Below, one piece after another: positions 19,304 through 28,674 of a stretch of 64,000 nt of DNA. The notes beneath the pieces are model-generated. The model was not told the origin of the DNA. It ran no database searches and saw only the letters and a program-made list of their open reading frames with translations. The stretch spans positions 4,434 through 68,433 of the forward strand of contig JAFDEF010000007.1 in NCBI GenBank assembly GCA_019310485.1, in the 5' to 3' direction. The position numbers were made by a program, and so were the translations under genes. Within the stretch, counting starts at the first letter, position 1. Each line of letters begins with the position of its first letter. Origin of the DNA: Deltaproteobacteria bacterium. Its GTDB lineage: Bacteria; Desulfobacterota; DSM-4660; Desulfatiglandales; HGW-15.

Positions 19304-20991
19304 GCGCAAAGGAGAGTATCGCCCCTCCCATGGCGGCGGCCAAGATGCCGGCGAGTCCGAACAAGACCGGAGCGTGGAGATTTGAAAGACCAATTCTTGA
19401 AGACAGGCTTGCCCCTTGCAGCGAGGCATGCCCGTTGGGGGAGAATATTCCTGCTATAATGTCCCTTAACAGTCGAGGTGCTTTCAAGGAAGCATATGGT
19501 GAAATTAGAAAAGAGAACCCGTTCCCTGGAATCTGTGGGAAAATATGCTTTCATCCTTGCGAAAGGGTGTGCAACCGCGGCAGGTTTGATGAACCGGTGT
19601 CCATCCAGGAATTGGAGTTTCTTGTAACGGTGCTGTCAAGGGATGGGGTCTCGGGTATCGAAGAAAGGCACGGACCGAGCCTTCAGCGTGTCGCGGTCAT
19701 CGGGGGGGATATTGCTGGTCTATCATGCGCTTACTTTCTTCGTCTCCTGGGATACACTGTGACAATCCTTGAACCAGGGGCACGCCTGAGGGTCTTTGAT
19801 CTTCCAACAAAAGGATCAGATTTGAACACAAAATACCTCGAAAGTGACGTAAAGAGCGTTCTGGACATAGGTATAGATCTTCGAATACGCACAACACCGG
19901 AGGCTATTTACTACCATCAACTGGTAAAAGAATTTCAGGCTGTTTATGTGTCTCCCGGTGCGGTTGATTCAGAGGCTCGGGAGTTCCTGAAAGGGCCGGA
20001 TGTATACTCTGTTTACAATGCTATTGAGGTGGAGAGGATGATAAGGGACGGAAACCCTCTGCCCCTGCGGGGAAAGGTCGCTGTGACGGGCAGCGCGCGT
20101 GAGGCGCTCAAAACAGCAATGAGCGTCAAGGCAATTGGGGGTGAGCCGGTCGTGCTTGTTCCTTTCTTTCCGGACGATTTAGAGCACATGGCTGAAGATC
20201 TCGAAGATGCCGAAAGGAAAGGAGTGTCCCTGAAATTTGGGTCCGCTCCTTTTGCCCTGAGTGAAAGGGATGGAAGGATAAGTGGTTTAGCCTGTTTCAA
20301 AGCCGGGAAAGGGAGGTTTTTGGAAGCAAAAAGGCGAGGACCAGAATCAGAGCAAACAGGCAGTTTTGAGCAAAGGGCAGAGGCGGTGATTATTGCCTCA
20401 CCAGAAAAGACAGGAGTGAACCTGATGCCTCCAATCCTCCAGGAGACGGGGTTGGTGGTGGTTTTTCCTGACCGATTTCCCAGAGCACGCTCCAGAAAGT
20501 TAGGCAAGGAGAAAGACCTTTCAAGAGCGGTTGTGCGCCACATGTCGGAGGGGAAACAGGCGGCTCTCAGTCTGGATCTGTGCTTGCGCAAAAGGCCGTT
20601 TGAAGAGATCTACTCGGTGGCGGTGGGGAGACTTGGAGCGCTATCTTTTGAAGCTTACAAAATGAATCATCCTCACCGCTATCAGAGGCCACTGGGAAAC
20701 GTTGTTCGAGCGGCAGATCTGAATCCGGCCTATTTCAAAAAAGCGCCCAGAATTAAGCCCTCCTCTCCTGAGAACGGCCTCACCAGACGACAGGGAGTTT
20801 TGTCGGCCAGGCGCTGCTTCCAATGCGGACGTTGTAACTCGTGTCAAACGTGCTACCAGTACTGCCCTGACTTAGCGATAAGTGTGGAACCTGAGACGGG
20901 GCGCCCGGAAATCGACTATGATCACTGCAAAGGTTGCGGTATATGCTTCAAAGAGTGCCCGAGAGGGGCTATTTCACTTCAAAGGGAATAA
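19300..20991 (+). CDS. GltD-like FAD/NAD(P)-binding oxidoreductase fused to a 2x[4Fe-4S] ferredoxin (OFOR delta-like) domain
   Basis: N-terminal Cys cluster region (PCSEACPLGENIP...CGKICFHPCERVCNRG), a Rossmann motif (VAVIGGDIAGLSCA), and C-terminal CFQCGRCNSCQTCYQYCP...CKGCGICFKECP. Confidence 0.75.
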   Translation: MSAKESIAPPMAAAKMPASPNKTGAWRFERPILEDRLAPCSEACPLGENIPAIMSLNSRGAFKEAYGEIRKENPFPGICGKICFHPCERVCNRGRFDEPVSIQELEFLVTVLSRDGVSGIEERHGPSLQRVAVIGGDIAGLSCAYFLRLLGYTVTILEPGARLRVFDLPTKGSDLNTKYLESDVKSVLDIGIDLRIRTTPEAIYYHQLVKEFQAVYVSPGAVDSEAREFLKGPDVYSVYNAIEVERMIRDGNPLPLRGKVAVTGSAREALKTAMSVKAIGGEPVVLVPFFPDDLEHMAEDLEDAERKGVSLKFGSAPFALSERDGRISGLACFKAGKGRFLEAKRRGPESEQTGSFEQRAEAVIIASPEKTGVNLMPPILQETGLVVVFPDRFPRARSRKLGKEKDLSRAVVRHMSEGKQAALSLDLCLRKRPFEEIYSVAVGRLGALSFEAYKMNHPHRYQRPLGNVVRAADLNPAYFKKAPRIKPSSPENGLTRRQGVLSARRCFQCGRCNSCQTCYQYCPDLAISVEPETGRPEIDYDHCKGCGICFKECPRGAISLQRE

Positions 20992-21002
20992 GAATCTTTT
21001 TG

Positions 21003-22223
21003 CTACCCTTTAGCCATGTTCTCACATACCAGTTCTGAGAAATGTGAGCAAGAAACCTCGGTTGCACCATCCATTAATCTGGCAAGGTCATAAGTGACCT
21101 TTCTGGACGCAAATGTTTTTTCAAGACCGGATTCGATCTTTTTTGCAGCTTCTGGCCATCCAAGAAACTCGAGCATCATTGCTCCGCTTAGAATTAAAGA
21201 GGTGGGATTGACCTTGTTCAAGCCCGCATACTTTGGGGCAGTCCCGTGGGTTGCCTCAAAAATGGCATAGCCTTTGTGGTAGTTGATATTCGCTCCAGGG
21301 GCCATGCCTACACCGCCCACCTGGGCGGCAAGGGCATCCGATATATAGTCTCCATTCAGGTTGGTAGTGGCAATGACGTCAAAATCCTCGGGTCTGAGCA
21401 AAGCTTGTTGAAAAAAAATGTCAGCGATGGCATCCTTGATCAACAATTTTCCCTCAGGTGGACTTTCCTGGATTTCTTCCCATGTCACAATTTTGTCCCT
21501 GTAATCCAGCCTGGCAATTTCGTATCCCCAGCTTCTAAATGCCCCCTCTGTAAATTTCTGGATATTGCCTTTATGCACAAAGGTCACGCTGCGCCTGTTT
21601 TTAGAGAGTGCAAAATCAATCGCCGCCTTTACGAGTCGCTGACTGGCGCTCTTGCTAATCGGCTTAATGCCAATGCCCGAGTCCCGTGATATGTCCCAGC
21701 CGTGAGCCTTGCGAAGATAATTTGCAAGATCTCTCGTCTCCTTTCTGCCCGCTTCAAGCTCGAGCCCTGCGTAGACATCTTCGGTGTTTTCTCTGAAAAC
21801 CACCATATCGACTTTTTGTGGTTCTTTTACAGGACTGGGGACTCCGGGGAAATACCGAATGGGCCTGACACACGCATAAAGATCAAGCTTTTGGCGCAGT
21901 GCCACGTTAAGGCTTCTGAACCCTTCCCCAACAGGTGTGGTTAGCGGTCCTTTTATACCGACCCTGTATTCTTGAAACGCGTCGATCGTCTCTCGTGGTA
22001 GCCACCTCCCAGTTCGTTTGTAAGCTTTTTCACCTGCCAGGACTTCCTTCCAGATGATGTGGCGTTTTCCTCTCCAGCATATTTCTACGGCACGGTCAAT
22101 TACCTTGACAGCGGCACTCCAAATGTCAGGACCTATCCCGTCGCCCTCTATAAAGGGGATCACAGGATTTTCTGGAACGAGAAGCGTGCTTTTTTGAAAA
22201 GAAATTTTGCCCTGTTGATTCAA
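21003..22223 (-). CDS. icd: NADP-dependent isocitrate dehydrogenase
   Basis: The sequences [20 protein letters not shown] and [26 protein letters not shown] are Icd-like. I place the start at TTG 22223, with GGAGG 9 nt upstream. The 30 codons up to 22313 (rich in His/Arg/Tyr) look non-coding. Confidence 0.9.
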   Translation of the reverse strand: MNQQGKISFQKSTLLVPENPVIPFIEGDGIGPDIWSAAVKVIDRAVEICWRGKRHIIWKEVLAGEKAYKRTGRWLPRETIDAFQEYRVGIKGPLTTPVGEGFRSLNVALRQKLDLYACVRPIRYFPGVPSPVKEPQKVDMVVFRENTEDVYAGLELEAGRKETRDLANYLRKAHGWDISRDSGIGIKPISKSASQRLVKAAIDFALSKNRRSVTFVHKGNIQKFTEGAFRSWGYEIARLDYRDKIVTWEEIQESPPEGKLLIKDAIADIFFQQALLRPEDFDVIATTNLNGDYISDALAAQVGGVGMAPGANINYHKGYAIFEATHGTAPKYAGLNKVNPTSLILSGAMMLEFLGWPEAAKKIESGLEKTFASRKVTYDLARLMDGATEVSCSHFSELVCENMAKG

Positions 22224-22363
22224 TGTAGTTAGCCTCCTTCTATGATTATGGCGGTGATAGTAACCATAATTGTGCCGGACTTCGATCTGAGTGCAGGACT
22301 TGACTGTGCCCAAAATAGCATTTTTGGTATTGAGGTCAATCCATTTGTTCGGGAAAAGCTCTG

Positions 22364-23119
22364 TTGACAGGAGAGAAAGAGCCTGCTAGGGAAGGATATA
22401 GTTTCTCTGAGAGCGGAGCGCAGGATTGGTTTCGCATAAGACACATTCGAGGTGAGTTTGCGGTGACCTGGCCTGAATTCAAGATAACCTCAGCTTACAA
22501 GGACAGGTATCCTGGCCTGAGTTTCGGTATGGCTTTGATTTGCCAGTGCCGGCCCTCGACAAATCCACCTGGTTTTGACCAACACAAGAGGAAATTGCTT
22601 CGCAAGATGAGAAAAAAAGAGACTCTCGCGGAGATCTCAAACCGAATTGAAATTTATGACAAATTTTTTAAGAGTTTCGGTTTTGAATGCCCTTTGCCAA
22701 AACACCTCAAGCGTACGATCTACAGCGGCTTTCCCCGGTATAACTTGATGGTGGATACCCACTTTATGGCTGAAATGTGTGCGGGAATTCTGGTAGCGGT
22801 CGCCGACTATGACCGCTTTGAAGGCGGGCTCACCCTGGATCTTGCCAGTGAAGGGGAGACCTGCCTTGGAATGGGTAAGCGAACACTGGTTGCCAGGCAG
22901 GGGGAAATAGTATTCCGAGACGAAAAAGACATTGTTTGCATCCTTTGCCAGGGAGCGGATGAGAAGACCAGGGTGAGAGACACAACGCGTAACGTGCTTT
23001 TTTATTCATACGCGGTTCCCGGTATTGAGGCAGGGCATCTTGAAAAAGGGCTAAAGATAGCTGCTGAAACCATGGCTGAATTCGGTGGGGGTACAATCGA
23101 GGGCATCCAGATATACTGA
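22364..23119 (+). CDS. Probable B3/B4 tRNA-binding-domain-like protein
   Basis: 251-aa ORF whose layout resembles B3/4-domain proteins, from memory only. The true start may be the GTG near 22463. Confidence 0.5.
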   Translation: MTGEKEPAREGYSFSESGAQDWFRIRHIRGEFAVTWPEFKITSAYKDRYPGLSFGMALICQCRPSTNPPGFDQHKRKLLRKMRKKETLAEISNRIEIYDKFFKSFGFECPLPKHLKRTIYSGFPRYNLMVDTHFMAEMCAGILVAVADYDRFEGGLTLDLASEGETCLGMGKRTLVARQGEIVFRDEKDIVCILCQGADEKTRVRDTTRNVLFYSYAVPGIEAGHLEKGLKIAAETMAEFGGGTIEGIQIY

Positions 23120-23170
23120 ATAACTTCTTGGGTGCATTTGGACTAATTTAAAGGGTGCGGGAAAAAAAGC

Positions 23171-23199
23171 TTGACACGGCAAAATCAATAAGCTAGTTT
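23171..23199 (+). promoter_or_regulatory. Sigma70-type promoter of the BCAA operon leader
   Basis: TTGACA (23171-23176), a 17-nt spacer, then TAGTTT (23194-23199), about 30 nt upstream of the leader ATG. Confidence 0.45.
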
Positions 23200-23232
23200 T
23201 ACACCATTATATAAACTGGTCACTTAGCAAGC

Positions 23233-23352
23233 ATGCAAAGTCTTACTCAAATCATAATTCTCATTACCAGCGCAATAGGGGTACTCCTGTCCCTATTGCT
23301 CCTCCTTTGGGTCGTAAACCTGAAGCGCCCGGGCCTGGTAATGAGAACATGA
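23233..23352 (+). CDS. Leader peptide of the cimA-leu-ilv operon (39 aa, 20 of 39 residues Ile/Leu/Val)
   Basis: MQSLTQIIILITSAIGVLLSLLLLLWVVNLKRPGLVMRT. It is embedded in mutually exclusive helices and followed by an intrinsic terminator. No clear SD. Confidence 0.6.
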   Translation: MQSLTQIIILITSAIGVLLSLLLLLWVVNLKRPGLVMRT

Positions 23353-23373
23353 CTTGAGTAAAATTCCTTCAAA

Positions 23374-23410
23374 AACCGTTATCAGGCCCTCCTGATAACG
23401 GTTTTTTTTT
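23374..23410 (+). terminator. Intrinsic terminator (attenuator) upstream of cimA
   Basis: Perfect 13-bp stem AACCGTTATCAGG/CCTGATAACGGTT with a 4-nt loop, followed by a run of T residues. It lies 24 nt before the cimA start. Confidence 0.85.
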
Positions 23411-23436
23411 GAAAGAGCTGTGCAGGGGGCAAGGTG

Positions 23437-25011
23437 ATGAAAAGGCAAATCATCCTTTATGACACCACGTTAAGAGATGGTACCCAGGGAGAACAGATTG
23501 CTCTTTCAGCAGAAGACAAACTCCGAATCGCAAAGAAACTTGATGAGTTTGGAATCTCTTATGTTGAAGGGGGCTGGCCGGGGTCCAATCCGAGAGACGT
23601 GCGCTTTTTCAAAATGGCACGCCGCGCTACGTTCCAGACTGCACGTATTACGGCGTTCGGCAGCACGCGGCGCCCAGGCCTGCGTCCTGAAATGGATAAG
23701 AACTTGAAGGCGCTTCTGGAGACAGAGGTGCAGACAGTGGCGATATTTGGGAAGAGCTGGGATTTACACGCATCCAAGATCTTGGGTATTTCCATGGATG
23801 AGAACATTTCAATGATAGAAGACAGCGTTGCATACTTGAGAAAACGAGATCGGGAACTGATCTACGACGCTGAGCACTTTTTCGATGGATACAAGCGAAA
23901 CCCTGAATATGCTCTTAAAACACTTAAAGCAGCAGAAAACGGGGGCGCGCACGTGATCGTTTTGTGCGACACGAACGGGGGAACTTTTCCATATGAAATA
24001 AGCAAAATAATAGAAGAGGTAAAGGAGCAAGTGCCTGTGCCCCTTGGTATACATGCCCACAATGATTCAGGTCTAGCTCTTGCCAATACCCTAGAGGCGG
24101 CGCGCGAAGGGGCGACAATGGTTCAGGGGACGATTAACGGGTACGGAGAGCGTTGCGGCAATACGGACCTGATTAGTGCTATCGGGAATCTTCAGTTAAA
24201 AATGGGCTATGCATGCATCTCTCGTGAAGCTGTTAAGAGGCTAACCGAGCTTTCCCGCTTTGTAAGTGAAGTTGCGAACGTACCCCCTGAGAATCAGCGC
24301 CCGTTTGTGGGCAAAAGTGCTTTCGCACATAAGGGCGGGGTTCATGTAAGTGCGATATTGAAAGATCCGGCAGCTTATGAACATATCGCCCCCGAGCTGG
24401 TGGGTAACAGAAGAAGGGTGCTGGTATCAGACCTTTCCGGCAAGAGCAACATTGCCTACAAAACCCGTGAAATGGGCATAAAGGTGGGGGGAAATGGCTT
24501 CAACAATGAGAAAATTGTTCAAAAGATCAAGGAACTGGAAGACCAGGGCTACCAGTTCGACGCTGCGGAAGGCTCGCTGGAGCTTCTGATCAAGAAAGTG
24601 ACAGGCCAGTTTGAGGAACCATTCAAGCTTGAATCCTTCAGGGTGACGATTGAGAAAGACAGGTCAGGGCCGAGCACTGCTCATGCCACAATAAAGATTT
24701 CCGTGGGGGAAGATCAAGAGATAACCGCTGCAGAAGGTGACGGCCCTGTTAATGCACTGGACAATGCCTTGAGGAAGGCACTTACGAAATTCTTTCCACA
24801 GATTGACGAGATGGGTCTGGTTGACTTTAAAGTCAGGGTGATCGGTGCCGGAAAAGGGACGGCAGCCAAGGTCAGGGTTCAAATAGAATCAAGGGACTCA
24901 AGCGAAATATGGTCTACTATCGGAGTCTCTGAAAACGTTATTGAAGCAAGCTGGCAGGCGCTGGTGGACAGCGTGCAGTACAAACTATCCAGGGTTCTCA
25001 ATGGGAAATAG
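23437..25011 (+). CDS. cimA: Citramalate synthase-type member of the 2-isopropylmalate synthase family
   Basis: About 524 aa. The N-terminus (LYDTTLRDGTQGEQIALSAEDKLRIAKKLDEFGISYVEGGWPGSNPRD) and the length match the CimA-type clade as I recall it. A GTG at 23434 is an alternative start. Confidence 0.75.
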   Translation: MKRQIILYDTTLRDGTQGEQIALSAEDKLRIAKKLDEFGISYVEGGWPGSNPRDVRFFKMARRATFQTARITAFGSTRRPGLRPEMDKNLKALLETEVQTVAIFGKSWDLHASKILGISMDENISMIEDSVAYLRKRDRELIYDAEHFFDGYKRNPEYALKTLKAAENGGAHVIVLCDTNGGTFPYEISKIIEEVKEQVPVPLGIHAHNDSGLALANTLEAAREGATMVQGTINGYGERCGNTDLISAIGNLQLKMGYACISREAVKRLTELSRFVSEVANVPPENQRPFVGKSAFAHKGGVHVSAILKDPAAYEHIAPELVGNRRRVLVSDLSGKSNIAYKTREMGIKVGGNGFNNEKIVQKIKELEDQGYQFDAAEGSLELLIKKVTGQFEEPFKLESFRVTIEKDRSGPSTAHATIKISVGEDQEITAAEGDGPVNALDNALRKALTKFFPQIDEMGLVDFKVRVIGAGKGTAAKVRVQIESRDSSEIWSTIGVSENVIEASWQALVDSVQYKLSRVLNGK

Positions 25012-25169
25012 CAATGCAAGAGGTCAAGCACGAACAAAAGGAGAAGACAGCCGCAGGTTCCTTTGATGACCGGAATCTGCGGAGGGTCCTTAGCGGATAC
25101 CGAAGCTGCAAAGATCGGATCTTTCCTAAAAGCAGATAATAAGAAGGTTTCGCTAAAGGAGGTTTTCCC

Positions 25170-26714
25170 ATGGACAACAAGGTTATTGTCTTTGATACCA
25201 CGCTGCGGGATGGAGAGCAGTCCCCCGGAGCCAGCATGAATGCGGCCGAAAAGCTACGTCTGGCGATGCAACTTGAAAAGCTGGGAGTTGATGTCATAGA
25301 AGCTGGCTTTCCCGCTTCGTCTCCCGGCGATTTTGAATCCGTGAAAATGATAAGCAAAAAAATGAACAGGACTCGAGTAGCGGCCCTGGCCAGGACGTCT
25401 AAAGACGACATTGATCAAGCGTGGGCTGCGGTTTGTGAGGCAGTGCGACCAAGAATACATGTGTTTATCGCAACTTCCGACATCCACCTGCAACACAAAC
25501 TGAAAATGACTCGCGAAGAGCTGATAAAAGAAGCTGTCGCGGGAGTCAGGTATGCGAAGAAATTCACTGATGATGTGGAGTTTTCAACTGAAGACGGTAC
25601 CAGAAGTGATAGGGACTTTGTAAGCAAGGTACTTGAAGCCGTCATTGATGCAGGTGCCAGCACGGTGAATATTCCTGATACTGTTGGATACGCACTTCCT
25701 GAAGAGTTTGGTGAACTGATTTCCTACATAAGGCAGCACACTGGAAATATTGACAAGGCTGTTATGAGCGTGCACTGCCATAACGACCTGGGCCTTGCTA
25801 CTGCCAACACGCTTGCGGGCCTGAGGGCGGGTGCCCGGCAGGCGGAAGTTACCATAAACGGGATTGGTGAGAGGGCTGGAAACACCTCACTCGAAGAAGT
25901 GGTCATGGCTCTTTCCACCAGAAAAGACCTGACGGATCTCAGCACATCAATCAACACGGAGGAGATTTATCCAACCAGCCGATTGGTTTCCATGATAACC
26001 GGCATTGTGGTGCAGCCCAACAAGGCCATTGTGGGGGCAAATGCTTTTGCCCATGAGGCGGGCATTCATCAGGATGGGGTGCTTAAGAACCCCATGACAT
26101 ACGAGATTATGAAACCGGAAATCATAGGTCTTGTCAGCAACAAGCTGGTAATGGGTAAACATTCAGGAAGGCATGCATTCAAAGCGAGGATCCTCGAACT
26201 GGGCTATGACCTGAATCAAGAAGAGCTTGATCGGCTTTTCAAGAAGTTCAAGGAGCTGGCTGACAAAAGGAAAGAGATAGTTGATGAAGATATCGAGGTT
26301 CTTGTAGCAGAAGAACTTTTGCGAGGCCAGGATAAATACGAACTTGATTACCTCAACGTAGTGAGTGGTACCGTGGCGGTCCCTACGGCCACTGTCAAAC
26401 TGCGGATAGACGGAGAAGAGGTTCAGGGTGCCGGCTTTGGAGTGGGCCCTATTGACGCCACTTTTAATACTATTGCAAAAATGGCCGGGACCAAATCGAA
26501 GCTCGTGCGGTTTTCAATCAATGCCATCAGTGGAGGAACCGATGCTCAAGGTGAAGTTACGGTGCGGCTTCAGGAAAACGGCCTGGTTGCGCTGGGCAGG
26601 GGAGCAGACCCTGACATCTTCATCGCCAGCGCAAAAGCCTATGTCAACGGACTTAACAGGCTCGAACACCTTAAGAAAAACCCCTCACTTGTTTCGCAGG
26701 CAAGGGCTCTTTGA
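25170..26714 (+). CDS. leuA: 2-isopropylmalate synthase
   Basis: 514 aa with VFDTTLRDGEQSPGASM, HCHNDLGLATANTLAG and a C-terminal LeuA dimerisation/regulatory region. Confidence 0.9.
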   Translation: MDNKVIVFDTTLRDGEQSPGASMNAAEKLRLAMQLEKLGVDVIEAGFPASSPGDFESVKMISKKMNRTRVAALARTSKDDIDQAWAAVCEAVRPRIHVFIATSDIHLQHKLKMTREELIKEAVAGVRYAKKFTDDVEFSTEDGTRSDRDFVSKVLEAVIDAGASTVNIPDTVGYALPEEFGELISYIRQHTGNIDKAVMSVHCHNDLGLATANTLAGLRAGARQAEVTINGIGERAGNTSLEEVVMALSTRKDLTDLSTSINTEEIYPTSRLVSMITGIVVQPNKAIVGANAFAHEAGIHQDGVLKNPMTYEIMKPEIIGLVSNKLVMGKHSGRHAFKARILELGYDLNQEELDRLFKKFKELADKRKEIVDEDIEVLVAEELLRGQDKYELDYLNVVSGTVAVPTATVKLRIDGEEVQGAGFGVGPIDATFNTIAKMAGTKSKLVRFSINAISGGTDAQGEVTVRLQENGLVALGRGADPDIFIASAKAYVNGLNRLEHLKKNPSLVSQARAL

Positions 26715-26751
26715 TGAGTGAAACGGGTGAATAATAAGAGGAGGGTAATGG

Positions 26752-28017
26752 ATGGACACTCCCATGACAATGACGGAAAAGATACTGGCAGCGCATGCAG
26801 GGATAGATCGGGTTGTTCCCGGAGAGTTAATTAAGGTTAATGTTGACATCGCACTTGCAAACGATATTACAGCACCGCTGGCTATAGGGGTGTTCAATGA
26901 AATTGGAAAAGAAGAAGTCTTTGACCCTGAAAAAGTGGCTTTGGTTGCAGACCATTTTGTGCCAAACAAAGATATTGCCTCGGCCGAGCAGGCGAAAATG
27001 ATGAGGGAATTTGCCATGGGGAAAAGAGTACGCCACTACTATGAGTTAGCTGAGGGCGGGATTGAACATGTCATCATGCCTGAAAAAGGGCTCGTAATGC
27101 CGGGGGAAGTAGTGATAGGAGCTGACAGCCACACCTGTACTTATGGGGCCCTGGGTGCATTTGCTTCAGGTGTCGGCAGCACAGATCTCGGGGTGATTTT
27201 ATCGACCGGGAAAATATGGATCAAGGTTCCCTCAACCATCAAGATACAATACGAGGGGAAACTGAAACCGTGGGTTGGCGGAAAGGATTTGATCCTCTTT
27301 ACGCTGGGTAAGCTCGGCGTGGAAGGAGCTAATTACAAAGCAGTTGAGTTCTCGGGTGAGGTGGTGAGAAACCTACCAATGGATCACAGGTTTACCATGG
27401 CCAATATGGCAGTGGAGTGTGGAGCAAAGAACGGCATCTTTGAAGTCGATGAAATGATCATAAACTATGTTTCGAAAGTGACGGGAAGAAGCCCGAAAGA
27501 GCTCAGGAGCGATTCAGGTGCCGGGTTTGAGCAAGTGCTGACGATCAGTGTGGACAACATTGAACCCCAGGTCGCTTTTCCTCACTCCCCGGATAATGTT
27601 TGCCCTGTATCAAAGGTCGACAATATTTTGCTCGATCAGGTCTTTATCGGATCCTGTACCAATGGCCGGCTTGATGATCTGCGCATCGCAGCAAAAATAC
27701 TGAAAGGCAGGTCTGTGGCAAAGGGGCTTAGGCTCATTATCATTCCTGGCTCATCTAATATTTATAAGAAGGCTATCCAGGAAGGTCTCATCGAGACCCT
27801 GGTGGAGGCGGGCGCAGTAATCGGCCCGCCATGTTGCGGACCCTGTCTGGGGGGCCACATGGGTGTCCTTGCCTCGGGCGAAAGGGCGCTGTCCACGAGC
27901 AACAGGAATTTCCGTGGCAGGATGGGTCATCCGGATAGTGAAGTTTACCTGGCAAACCCTGCACTCGCTGCTGCCTCTGCTGTGTTGGGGAGGATAGGGT
28001 CTCCGGATGAACTTTAG
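26752..28017 (+). CDS. leuC: 3-isopropylmalate dehydratase large subunit
   Basis: 421 aa of the aconitase family, with GADSHTCTYGALGAFA and IGSCTNGR...CGPCLG cluster ligands. Confidence 0.9.
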   Translation: MDTPMTMTEKILAAHAGIDRVVPGELIKVNVDIALANDITAPLAIGVFNEIGKEEVFDPEKVALVADHFVPNKDIASAEQAKMMREFAMGKRVRHYYELAEGGIEHVIMPEKGLVMPGEVVIGADSHTCTYGALGAFASGVGSTDLGVILSTGKIWIKVPSTIKIQYEGKLKPWVGGKDLILFTLGKLGVEGANYKAVEFSGEVVRNLPMDHRFTMANMAVECGAKNGIFEVDEMIINYVSKVTGRSPKELRSDSGAGFEQVLTISVDNIEPQVAFPHSPDNVCPVSKVDNILLDQVFIGSCTNGRLDDLRIAAKILKGRSVAKGLRLIIIPGSSNIYKKAIQEGLIETLVEAGAVIGPPCCGPCLGGHMGVLASGERALSTSNRNFRGRMGHPDSEVYLANPALAAASAVLGRIGSPDEL

Positions 28018-28112
28018 AAACGTTAAACCAAACTTGAACGATTCCCAAGGTGGGAGCAGATGCTGTGAAATTGTGAATCGTGAAGCGCTGGAATCAACTT
28101 AGAGGGGGAATA

Positions 28113-28607
28113 ATGAAACTCAACGGCAGGGTATGGAAATTCAATGATAACATTGACACGGACGTGATCATTCCGGCCAGTTTTCTTAACACTTCAGATA
28201 GGGAAGAACTTGGCAGACACTGCTTTGCTTATCTCAGGCCTGATTTTACCCGGAACGTTAAAACAGGGGACATTATAGTGGCTGGAAGGAATTTTGGTTG
28301 TGGCTCATCCAGAGAGCACGCTCCGCTGGCGCTGAAGGAGGCGGGCGTTCGGCTCATTATTGCAAAAAGTTTTGCGAGAATATTTTACAGAAATGCCTTT
28401 AATATTGGGCTTCCCCTGCTGGAATCAGAAGAGGTTCAGGACAGAGTCTCGGAGGGTGATCGTATTAGCGTTGATCTGCTTTCAGGGGAGATAACCGGAG
28501 GGTCGTTGGAAAAAGCGCTTTTTGCCAGACCGATACCGGATTTCATGATGGAGATCGTGCGCTCCGGCGGCTTAGTGAAATACATAAAGGAGAAGGGAAC
28601 GTTTTAA
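28113..28607 (+). CDS. leuD: 3-isopropylmalate dehydratase small subunit
   Basis: Swivel-domain motif [13 protein letters not shown]. The ATG at 28113 has GAGGGGG upstream; the ORF extends to a GTG at 28080. Confidence 0.9.
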   Translation: MKLNGRVWKFNDNIDTDVIIPASFLNTSDREELGRHCFAYLRPDFTRNVKTGDIIVAGRNFGCGSSREHAPLALKEAGVRLIIAKSFARIFYRNAFNIGLPLLESEEVQDRVSEGDRISVDLLSGEITGGSLEKALFARPIPDFMMEIVRSGGLVKYIKEKGTF

Positions 28608-28674
28608 CTTTGTCCAAAAATGGAGGAATGACCCGTTTCCACAGAGAACCTAAAAAGGAGGGATAGCCATTAAA

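Noticed and set aside
22224-22313. The 30-codon N-terminal extension of icd in the ORF track ([30 protein letters not shown])
   Set aside because: It is unlike any Icd N-terminus. A TTG at 22223 with GGAGG 9 nt upstream gives the canonical N-terminus (xNQQGKISF...[16 protein letters not shown]).
23233-23352. Alternative reading of the leader ORF as a small hydrophobic membrane peptide
   Set aside because: This cannot be excluded. However, the ORF position upstream of BCAA biosynthesis genes, the Ile/Leu/Val enrichment, the mutually exclusive helices and the terminator fit attenuation much better.
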